From positions 1 to 27,170 of IMG/VR virus record IMGVR_UViG_3300020160_000023: DNA of 27,170 nucleotides, one strand, 5' to 3'. Positions 8,715-16,372 of the stretch are shown one piece after another (the stretch's first letter is position 1; each line of letters starts with the position of its first letter). The notes beneath the pieces are model-generated. The model was not told the DNA's origin, did no database searches, and was given only the letters and a program-made list of their open reading frames with translations. Both the position numbers and the translations under genes were made by a program. This DNA is from a virus. Its lineage: Duplodnaviria; Caudoviricetes.

Positions 8715-9511
8715 TAGCCCACCACTATGTAGCCGTATGTCTTATCTGCTGTGTTATTAGACCAATGTGTCAAAGTAGCACTCCCTTGAGTTTGTGAAGA
8801 AACGTAGATGTTACTTGTAGCTGATGGAGCTATGTATTGCATTGTCGCTATAACGCTAGGTACAGCAGGTCTTGTAGGACTTGTGCTTGTACCGTAATGC
8901 TCAATAGATACACCAGTATTAGAAACACGCCACATTATCTCAACATAATCATTGGCTTGCAATTCCAAAAAGAAATTAAGTGCGGCAATCATGTGACTAG
9001 GATCGCCAGCACTTTTACGAGTCGTTAATCCAAAACGACTATTTGACCCATCTATATTAGTTCCGTTCTTTCTAAACCAGACATCGACTTCTTCAGAGTC
9101 GTTATGTGAATTCTTAAACTGAATAGAAAACTGAATGTTATAAACGCCATAATTCCTGACATTCAGTCTAGAGCTATTTGATAGATACACCCCGTTAGAG
9201 TAATCCGTTGTATTTAGCGTTATTGCATAAGCTGTAGTCGTATTAGCCGCAGTCTGGTCTGTAGTATCCTGAAACGCACCGTAAGGAGCTGAATCAGCCT
9301 CAGCAGCGTTAGATACTGGAACCAAGAATATTAAACTTTCTTTACCTATACGGCTGTCGTATATAGTCGTAGTAGTCACATTACCTGTGGCTAAAGTTAC
9401 TAGTCCAGAATTATTCGTCTTACCGTCCATAATCCCACGAACAACCTCAGCAACCTGACGCTGATCTCCACCAAAAGGCGGTAATGTCTGGAATTGAACA
9501 GTCCTAGTCAT
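8714..9511 (-). CDS. Tail needle-like protein with a C1q/TNF-like knob domain
   Basis: Follows the hub gene. Central PYGAF...GVYNIQFSIQF...LELQANDYVEIMW resembles a C1q/TNF/BclA-C jelly roll. Confidence 0.55.
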   Translation of the reverse strand: MTRTVQFQTLPPFGGDQRQVAEVVRGIMDGKTNNSGLVTLATGNVTTTTIYDSRIGKESLIFLVPVSNAAEADSAPYGAFQDTTDQTAANTTTAYAITLNTTDYSNGVYLSNSSRLNVRNYGVYNIQFSIQFKNSHNDSEEVDVWFRKNGTNIDGSNSRFGLTTRKSAGDPSHMIAALNFFLELQANDYVEIMWRVSNTGVSIEHYGTSTSPTRPAVPSVIATMQYIAPSATSNIYVSSQTQGSATLTHWSNNTADKTYGYIVVG

Positions 9512-10929
9512 CGAGTACCCTGACCGCTAATATCAACCTCAACCGCTACAGCCGTTCTCCAGTTGCCACTAGGGTTAGTTTGAACCCTGTGATACCTACC
9601 TGCTGAACGTAGCCCACAGCGACCCTCAGAATCAGCTACAGACGCATCTCCGAACGTGATGGCACTATCTAACAACTCACGACTTGCTACCGCTACAGAG
9701 CCGCTACCAGCGTCCACAATTGGTCTGCCTAACGTAATGACTGAATGACCTACATCTATATCACCTGACGTTAGTGAAGCCTGTTTGTATTGACCGCTAA
9801 AGGTAACGATATTAGGGCCTCTGGTAGCACTCAGTAAAAGAAGTCCACCAACCCACTGACGATCATCAAGAGAAATACCTAGCGAATCAATACTTGCGCT
9901 AAATGCGTCCAAGCCCTCCAGAGTTACCGATGGAGTCAGAGCAAACGATACACTGTCAGCAGTAGTCTCAGCATAAGACCATTTGTTTAACGATATGTTG
10001 TAAATCAGTAGTAAATTGTCACCATTCTGAGCAGGGAATAACCAAACAATTAGTCTTTTCTCTGTATCTACTGCGGCTGACATTCCTAACTTAATGGCTG
10101 TTAAGTTTGCATTATCAAAGAACCATCTATCTATCTTTTCTGTACCGATTCCTTTGGTTGTCTGACCATCACACACGTAAAAACCATCATCAGCTAGAAA
10201 ATACGTTAATCCTGCAAAGTTAATGATTGATCCGGCAGAAATGCAGCCAAGAGTACGGTTAATAGCGTCAAACTGGAAGAAATACGGACTACCTGCGTAA
10301 GACATACGGTAGATTGCACGTTCTAGGAACACGATACCGAACTCGCCACCAGCTAAACCAGTAATATCACCGCCATCAGGCATGACTTGAGAGTCAGATT
10401 GACTAGCAAGACCAGGAGTCCAATCTGTTTCATCGTTAATATCAGACCAATAGACCTTGTTTTCTTCGCCAGCTACGTTAGCAGCGACTACAAAGTCCTT
10501 AACTACCGTTACATACTTAGCAGTAGGAGCAGCAGCAGCCAAATCACCCGCATAAGTTGATGAATTTAACGTGTATGACTGCAATTTATTACTACCGTTA
10601 GCCATAATCATCTTTGTTCCGTACTGCGTAACATCCCAATACTCGATAGCACTGTATCCGGCAGTAGTTAATGGAGACATCGCACGAGTTCCAGCAGTAA
10701 ACTTGTACAGGTTACTAGCTGAAGCACCAAATAATGATACCGTTCCAGCATATTTACCTGCGAAACAAGTCAATAAGTTAGCATTTGCATCGTCAGAATA
10801 CTCAACCTCGTCCAGTATTGGGGCATAGCCATTAGTAACTGGATAACAGTTAACTGCGCCCGTTAAAGCACCTGTAACGCCAGGCTGATCTGGTAGCCAT
10901 TCACCGAATATTATGCGTTGTTTAGCCAT
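9508..10929 (-). CDS. Tail hub / nozzle (P22 gp10, tubular protein B-like)
   Basis: Start re-called to MAKQRIIFGEWLPD (473 aa). Beta-rich, with VYWSDIND..DW, GC...GSI and YFLADDGFY. Confidence 0.7.
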   Translation of the reverse strand: MAKQRIIFGEWLPDQPGVTGALTGAVNCYPVTNGYAPILDEVEYSDDANANLLTCFAGKYAGTVSLFGASASNLYKFTAGTRAMSPLTTAGYSAIEYWDVTQYGTKMIMANGSNKLQSYTLNSSTYAGDLAAAAPTAKYVTVVKDFVVAANVAGEENKVYWSDINDETDWTPGLASQSDSQVMPDGGDITGLAGGEFGIVFLERAIYRMSYAGSPYFFQFDAINRTLGCISAGSIINFAGLTYFLADDGFYVCDGQTTKGIGTEKIDRWFFDNANLTAIKLGMSAAVDTEKRLIVWLFPAQNGDNLLLIYNISLNKWSYAETTADSVSFALTPSVTLEGLDAFSASIDSLGISLDDRQWVGGLLLLSATRGPNIVTFSGQYKQASLTSGDIDVGHSVITLGRPIVDAGSGSVAVASRELLDSAITFGDASVADSEGRCGLRSAGRYHRVQTNPSGNWRTAVAVEVDISGQGTR

Positions 10930-10931
10930 CT

Positions 10932-11648
10932 TTATTGCCTTGTCCAAGTATCAGATTGTGAAGCTACTACCGTCCATGTATTGTCATTAGCTGAAACGAT
11001 AGTCCAATTATTCGCACCTTCTATCACGTTATCCCACTCGTCACCAATTACATGACCGTCAGCAGTTACGTCAGCGTTTCCGCTAATATTTCCTATGGCG
11101 TTCCATACTGCTATTGCTATACATGAAACTTCAGCTAAAGCATCTACAGAAGCACTACCCTGATAATCTACTTCACTACTAGAAGTTACCGTAGCCGTTC
11201 CATCAATCGCAGCAGAGCCAACCTGAACTCTAATACCTTCAGCCGTAACCGTTGCGCTACACGCTACATCACCAGTAAAGAATAAGACTCTAGTAGCCTC
11301 TGCCGTTACCGTAGCTGTACCACTTATAGCCGCAGTAGCGTTAATTACTAGACCACCGTTAGCCGTTACAGTAGCAGTACCAATTATTGCGCCAGTAGCA
11401 CTATAAATAATCCCACCAGCAGCACTAACTACAGCAGTTACGTCTATAGAACCTGATGCAGTCTGAATCCTGATGCCAACAGCAGAAACCGTAGCTGATC
11501 CGTTAATACTTCCTGCACCACTATAAGTAGCAACAGCGTTAGCTACTACTGTGGCGTTAGCATCTACACTAGCCGTAGCTAATACAAAATTACCAGCTTC
11601 GCCTAATGACGAGTACGGAGCTTGTGAGTATGCTGATAAACCAAACAT
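10932..11648 (-). CDS. Virion fibre protein made of nine 20-aa beta repeats
   Basis: MFG.SAYSQAPYSSLG N-terminus, nine ungapped 20-aa units (core G.I.G.ATVTA.G) and four C-terminal Trp residues spaced 10 aa apart. Confidence 0.6.
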   Translation of the reverse strand: MFGLSAYSQAPYSSLGEAGNFVLATASVDANATVVANAVATYSGAGSINGSATVSAVGIRIQTASGSIDVTAVVSAAGGIIYSATGAIIGTATVTANGGLVINATAAISGTATVTAEATRVLFFTGDVACSATVTAEGIRVQVGSAAIDGTATVTSSSEVDYQGSASVDALAEVSCIAIAVWNAIGNISGNADVTADGHVIGDEWDNVIEGANNWTIVSANDNTWTVVASQSDTWTRQ

Positions 11649-12149
11649 TTAGAATACTACCCACTTAGACCCACTCGGTACAGTTACGCTAACTCCATCA
11701 TTAATCGTAATAGGGCCAGCACTCATAGCTGAATATCCGCTAGGAATAGAGAATGTTGTAGCTACAGTAAGACTATTTAATACGATACCGTTAGAAGAAG
11801 CCATTTGATCTGCATAAGCAGTATTCGCAGCATCCTCATGAACAGACTTAGCAGCAGGATATGTAACAAAAACATCCTTACTATTAGCTGCAAACGATAG
11901 TGGTGAAGTCGTACCAGAACTGTTAGACAATACCGTAGTACGGGCTAACGTAGTACCTGATGATGTGTACGTACCGATACCTACTTCCCATGTGTTGGCG
12001 GTGCTATCAACAATAGAATAGTAGGTAGTGTTACCGTTACCGATAACAGAAAAAGACTGGAATCCAGCTACAGCACCAGCAAGCGTTAGCGTACCAGTGC
12101 CAGCAGTGGTGGATGTTTCCCTAACACGATCTGCGACAACTAGTGGCAT
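11649..12149 (-). CDS. Virion fibre / decoration protein
   Basis: AAGGAG RBS. LVVADRVRETSTTAGTG...WEVGIGTY...KDVFVTYPA. C-terminal module is shared with 3085..3660. Confidence 0.6.
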   Translation of the reverse strand: MPLVVADRVRETSTTAGTGTLTLAGAVAGFQSFSVIGNGNTTYYSIVDSTANTWEVGIGTYTSSGTTLARTTVLSNSSGTTSPLSFAANSKDVFVTYPAAKSVHEDAANTAYADQMASSNGIVLNSLTVATTFSIPSGYSAMSAGPITINDGVSVTVPSGSKWVVF

Positions 12150-12159
12150 CGCTTACTCC

Positions 12160-12546
12160 TTACGCCAGAGTTACGCTAAGACCGCCAATAGCTATCTTAA
12201 AGATATCTCCAGATGATATAGTTTTAGATGTATCCAATGCTGTGTGATATAGCAAGTTACCGCTAGAAGTAGCATCGAGAATACCGATCCAACCTACAGT
12301 ACCCCATGAACCTGAAGCCTGTGGAAACTCTACAGCAGCAGTATTCGTAGATACACCGTTACTAGGCGCACCCATCGTTACCGCAGTACGTGTATAAGAG
12401 CCACCTGATACTTCAGTACCAGTATTAGCATCAGTAGGATCAGATGTATATAAACCGATATATACAGCAGCAGGACTTGTGTAGCTCGTGTTACGCAAGG
12501 TAGCGTTGATTAAAGCTCCCTCTAAATAGTTTGACATTTCAGCCAT
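12160..12546 (-). CDS. Conserved small virion structural (fibre subunit-like) protein
   Basis: 128 aa. MSNYLE..VYIGLYTSDP..TEVSGGSY.R..FPQASGSWGTV..GILDA.SSGNLL is a widespread phage structural family. Confidence 0.65.
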   Translation of the reverse strand: MAEMSNYLEGALINATLRNTSYTSPAAVYIGLYTSDPTDANTGTEVSGGSYTRTAVTMGAPSNGVSTNTAAVEFPQASGSWGTVGWIGILDATSSGNLLYHTALDTSKTISSGDIFKIAIGGLSVTLA

Positions 12547-12551
12547 AATTG

Positions 12552-13172
12552 TTACCTCACGTTATAAGACATTGACATTGGCTGACCACTGTACTCACTA
12601 CTCTGGTCAGATATTGTTATTGATGATATTGCTCTATCGTACAAGCTCGCCCAAGTCTGTAGTCTTGCATCATTCATCAGATACGGCTCTGCCTCGCCTA
12701 AAGCTGCGTACAGTAAAGCATCTGGATAGTTGGTCAAGAAAACATTACCTGTATTGGTATCGCTCAAAAAGTACGGCTGTGCGTAGTAGAGCATCTGTAA
12801 TTGATAAGCACTATCTGGAACTGGAGATAGTTGTAGTTCAGTCGCTAAGACAGTGTAATCAGTAGGCTTACCTGATTCTGTAACTCTGAAAGAATTATAG
12901 AAAGCGTTAGGAGCTTGATAAGCTAGAGTCGTAATAGGATTCGTATTAACGTGAATATCACGCATCTCTAAGAAGTCAGTAGGAAGTCCAACAGTAGAGT
13001 CACCGCCAGTAGTTAGCGCAGTAGCTACAACCAACATCTGACGAGTTCTAACTTCTCTACGCAAACGTAACTCAGCTAACTGAATAAACGTAGGAATCAT
13101 AGCCGTTAGATCGCTACGAGCCAAATAACTAACTATTGTAGTTTTTAAGTCACTGTAGCTTGTAAACGCCAT
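12552..13172 (-). CDS. Head-to-tail adaptor (P22 gp4 / tubular A-like)
   Basis: YSDLK..I..YL.RSDL...IP.FIQLAE, P.PD..Y and YPDALLYAAL motifs. Position follows the capsid module. Confidence 0.7.
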   Translation of the reverse strand: MAFTSYSDLKTTIVSYLARSDLTAMIPTFIQLAELRLRREVRTRQMLVVATALTTGGDSTVGLPTDFLEMRDIHVNTNPITTLAYQAPNAFYNSFRVTESGKPTDYTVLATELQLSPVPDSAYQLQMLYYAQPYFLSDTNTGNVFLTNYPDALLYAALGEAEPYLMNDARLQTWASLYDRAISSITISDQSSEYSGQPMSMSYNVR

Positions 13173-13173
13173 A

Positions 13174-13827
13174 TTATTCCTCTAGTTGCTCGAAATCATC
13201 CCAACCATACTCATACGTACCTATGTGTTTGATGTGCATAGATAGCTCGTGATCCACGTAAGTATCAAAGCCATTATCACCAGCCTTAACGCAAAAGTGA
13301 ACATCCTCACCTACTACACCAGTCGGCCCCCATCCGGCATCAAACCAAGCCTGTGGAACCTTCTCAAACACTTCCCTACGAATCATTACCGCCCCAAAAC
13401 CAACAGCAGTAACCTTCTCAATACCTTCTTTACCACGAGAATCGACATTAGACCAATGATGGCGAATACCTTTCTCATCTTCTGACTTAACTAACAACTT
13501 AGTCGTAGGCATACAAGGCTTACGTCTTGTGACTGCATTGACACCGAGAATCCCAACTTCACGAGATAACATAATTGTTATCAGGTCATGTGGAAAACGC
13601 ATATCGCTATCAATGAACAGAATAGCGTCACAGCCCTCTTTTAACGCCACCTGAACTAACTTCTCACGCTGATCGAATATCAACGTACCAGGCATCGTAT
13701 AAAGGCTTAGACCGCCCTTTCCGTCCTTGCATCGAACAGACGCATCGTGTGCAGCCATCCTAGCAAAGTCAAAAGCAAATCCTGTATGAACCTCGTCTCT
13801 ACATGGAATACAAACGCCAACTCTCAT
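13174..13827 (-). CDS. GT-A fold (GT2-like) glycosyltransferase
   Basis: Start re-called to MRVGVCIP (ATGA overlap, 217 aa). DxD motif FIDSDM, GFGAVMIRREVF, GEDVHFC and HIG. Confidence 0.8.
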   Translation of the reverse strand: MRVGVCIPCRDEVHTGFAFDFARMAAHDASVRCKDGKGGLSLYTMPGTLIFDQREKLVQVALKEGCDAILFIDSDMRFPHDLITIMLSREVGILGVNAVTRRKPCMPTTKLLVKSEDEKGIRHHWSNVDSRGKEGIEKVTAVGFGAVMIRREVFEKVPQAWFDAGWGPTGVVGEDVHFCVKAGDNGFDTYVDHELSMHIKHIGTYEYGWDDFEQLEE

Positions 13828-14123
13828 ACTGTTCCTCGATATATCTTTAACGGAGCTTGGTCTGGATGGTTGAGCCACTTCTTAAAAGCGTTCTCGTCCA
13901 TTATATAAAAGCCACGCATGATTCCCATTTGATTTAGCTTATCAATAGCCGTAAAAGGTATTGAGCCTATTAAATGTAAATCCTCTGTCGCTCCTGTCCT
14001 AGCCTTATCTACTTCCTGTAACGCTTTGTTGCGCTCCAAGATGTCTGATATATCTTGATTAGTCTCGATGATAATGCCGCCATCACCGTCCGCATGAACC
14101 GTATGATTACGTAAGTTTTCCAT
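13824..14123 (-). CDS. Conserved hypothetical protein downstream of the major capsid gene
   Basis: 99 aa with QDISDILERNK, IGSIP and FKKWLN motifs. GAGGG RBS immediately after the terminator. Confidence 0.7.
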   Translation of the reverse strand: MENLRNHTVHADGDGGIIIETNQDISDILERNKALQEVDKARTGATEDLHLIGSIPFTAIDKLNQMGIMRGFYIMDENAFKKWLNHPDQAPLKIYRGTV

Positions 14124-14133
14124 TAATCCCTCT

Positions 14134-14163
14134 AAAAAGCCCCCTACCGTTAAGTAGAGGGCT
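14134..14163 (-). terminator. Rho-independent terminator after the major capsid gene
   Basis: Minus strand AGCCCTCTAC-TTAACG-GTAGGGGGCT followed by a T run, 7 nt after the capsid stop codon. Confidence 0.85.
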
Positions 14164-14170
14164 ATCTAAA

Positions 14171-15115
14171 TTACAGCGAGAAGTCCAAGTCAGCTACGAT
14201 ACCGTGAGCTGCTTCGTTCTTCACTTCCAAAGTTACTTCAGCAAGAATCTGAGTTTTCTCAGAGTCACCAGCCTTAGCCAATTCATTAGTCATGAATGGA
14301 CGCAGATAAGCCATCGCTGCGTACTCAGGATCAAGAATTAACATATCACGATTACGCATGAATCTGTCAGGCACAATTGACAGTTGTCCAAAATCGGACT
14401 GATAAATATCGGCCGCGCCAATTATCACGCCAGCTTCAGGCTTAGTGATCTGATAGCGATTAACTGCGATACCAGCAAAGCCAGATACTTTCTGCTTACC
14501 TGCTGAACCAACGAATACAGCCTTTGGTGAACCGCCCGCATCAAAGATTGAAGCGATAACAGTTTTCATCAATGCTTCAGTTGCAGTACGCTGTGTACCA
14601 TCTGTACGAGTAGAAGTACCTGAAGTTGCTGGAGCAGAACCGCTAGTGCCTTGTGAGCTGTTGGACTTAATCCATGACAACAATGAACCCATTGTGCGGG
14701 CTATGGTAGATGTGCCTGCTGATTTACCTTGATTAGCAGTGATAATGGTTTCTAAGTCACGCTTGATTTCAGCAGAAGCCTTAGCCAATTGGTAAGCCTT
14801 TTCTGACTTACGACCTGCTTTGTTAACTTTTTCCAATGTTCCGCTGACCTGAATTGTCTTCTGTACGATCTGTGTATAATTTCCAACACGAGTCGTTGGA
14901 GAAGCAGTGATAGAAGTTGCATCTGCACCCTCGACCGCAGCGTTAGCAGTAGTAGCAGCAGAAAGCGAATCAGTCTGCCATTCATGGTAAACAGCAGTTG
15001 CGCTAGTCTTACCAATAGAGGACATAATTGGTGTATCTGTTGGACTGATGTTATAGATAACATCGGATAAATCTTCACGCATACCGATGGCGGTGAAAGT
15101 CTGATATGTAGGCAT
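14171..15115 (-). CDS. Major capsid protein (DUF5309/SU10-like, HK97 fold)
   Basis: REDLSDVIYNISPTDTP, HEWQTDSL, NYTQI and LAKAGDSEK..I.AE.TLEVKNE.AHG. Follows the scaffold gene and precedes a terminator. Confidence 0.9.
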   Translation of the reverse strand: MPTYQTFTAIGMREDLSDVIYNISPTDTPIMSSIGKTSATAVYHEWQTDSLSAATTANAAVEGADATSITASPTTRVGNYTQIVQKTIQVSGTLEKVNKAGRKSEKAYQLAKASAEIKRDLETIITANQGKSAGTSTIARTMGSLLSWIKSNSSQGTSGSAPATSGTSTRTDGTQRTATEALMKTVIASIFDAGGSPKAVFVGSAGKQKVSGFAGIAVNRYQITKPEAGVIIGAADIYQSDFGQLSIVPDRFMRNRDMLILDPEYAAMAYLRPFMTNELAKAGDSEKTQILAEVTLEVKNEAAHGIVADLDFSL

Positions 15116-15124
15116 TATATTTCC

Positions 15125-16099
15125 TTATAAGAATCGTTCAAAAGCGGCTGCGGCATCACTAATCTTTCCAGATTGTCTAGCCCTAGCCTTCAGTTTTTTA
15201 ATATCCTCAGCACCACTATCTCTAGGCTGTGATACTCCTGGCTTCATAGCTTTAGGAGCTTCATTCACCTTCTTAGCGATACCAGGTTGCGATGCTTTCA
15301 ATTTATCGTACTGCATAGCTTTATAAAGCGTTAATACTGCACGAGAATCAAATACATTCGCTAATTCATCATCCGAGAATCCAGCCTGTTTACCGTAGCT
15401 GCGTATCTCTTTACGGACTACCTCACCCTTAACAGGATCAGCATATTCAGGTAACGCACTAACTAACTTCTCAGCTTCCTGTGCTACTTTTGCACGTAAC
15501 TGATTCTGTCTGTCGTATTCCTGCTGTTGAGCTATATGCGCTCTCTCAGCCTGAACCTGCGCTAACTGCTTTTCCCTCTGAGACATCTCTGCAACCTTAA
15601 CAGCGTATCCAATAGGATCAGTCTCTTTCAGGTATTCCAGATTCTCTGTTTCTTGAGGCTGCATCAAGGCTTGCTCGATATACTGCAACCTCTCCGCATA
15701 AGTATCTCGGAGTTGCTTCGCTTCTTGAACTGCATGGCGTTCAGCTTCAACTGCCTTACGTTCTTCCGCTACAGCTTGCGATTTCTTTGTATAATCAGTG
15801 CCAAGTTGATACGACTTAATGAGTTCATCAAGGGTTACATCACGTTCTTCTCCCGCAGCTTTCACTCGGAATGTTTGATGTTCCTCTGACACATCAGCTT
15901 CTTCTTGTTCTACCTCAGATTCTTCCGATTCCTCGTATTCCTCTGATTGGGCATCGCTATCGTTGGATTCTGTGCGCTGTTCTGGTTGTTCCTTATCGGA
16001 GCCGTCATCAGTACCCATTAATCCCAAAATAGCGTTTGCTGCACCATTTACATCTAACTGTGCATTTCCTTCTGGAGTCATGCTTTCAGTATCGCTCAT
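15125..16099 (-). CDS. Capsid scaffolding protein
   Basis: Acidic N-terminus, V.LDEL..SYQ...DYTKKSQ, coiled coil and a basic C-terminal helix (ISDAAAAFERFL). Confidence 0.85.
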   Translation of the reverse strand: MSDTESMTPEGNAQLDVNGAANAILGLMGTDDGSDKEQPEQRTESNDSDAQSEEYEESEESEVEQEEADVSEEHQTFRVKAAGEERDVTLDELIKSYQLGTDYTKKSQAVAEERKAVEAERHAVQEAKQLRDTYAERLQYIEQALMQPQETENLEYLKETDPIGYAVKVAEMSQREKQLAQVQAERAHIAQQQEYDRQNQLRAKVAQEAEKLVSALPEYADPVKGEVVRKEIRSYGKQAGFSDDELANVFDSRAVLTLYKAMQYDKLKASQPGIAKKVNEAPKAMKPGVSQPRDSGAEDIKKLKARARQSGKISDAAAAFERFL

Positions 16100-16118
16100 G
16101 TTTTCATTTCCATAATTA

Positions 16119-16137
16119 TATAGGGAACCGCCCTATA
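16119..16137 (-). promoter_or_regulatory. Perfect stem-loop upstream of the scaffold gene
   Basis: TATAGGG-CGGTT-CCCTATA (7-bp stem, 5-nt loop), about 20 nt upstream of the scaffold ATG, with no U-tract. Confidence 0.45.
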
Positions 16138-16141
16138 CGGA

Positions 16142-16372
16142 CTACAAAATCTTCCATCTTTTTGCGTCAATGAGCTTCTGGTTAGTAAGCCCTTGAATAT
16201 AACCTTCTATATCCTCTAGAACTCGGAGGCGTAGATACGCTTGTTCACGTAGTTCCATGTCGCTGTAATCTGTACTTCTAAACTTCTGTATCTCTAATTC
16301 TTTCATCTCGTTCATTACCTCAATGAATCGCTCATCTTGAAGTATGCGAGCTGCCCAATCTGCTTTACTCAT
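16142..16372 (-). CDS. Small helical hypothetical protein between portal and scaffold
   Basis: 76 aa with an REQAY motif and an ATGA overlap with the portal gene. Confidence 0.75.
   Translation of the reverse strand: MSKADWAARILQDERFIEVMNEMKELEIQKFRSTDYSDMELREQAYLRLRVLEDIEGYIQGLTNQKLIDAKRWKIL

Noticed and set aside
3085-11790. Diversity-generating retroelement template/variable repeat pair
   Set aside because: Differences between the duplicated C-termini are not adenine-specific, both copies are coding, and no reverse transcriptase is present.
14124-14200. Capsid read-through or frameshift extension
   Set aside because: A clean TAA is followed directly by a terminator, and no slippery site is evident.
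16119-16137. TATAGGG resembling the end of a T7 promoter
   Set aside because: The upstream T7 consensus is absent, there is no RNA polymerase gene in the window, and the sequence is explained by the hairpin arms.
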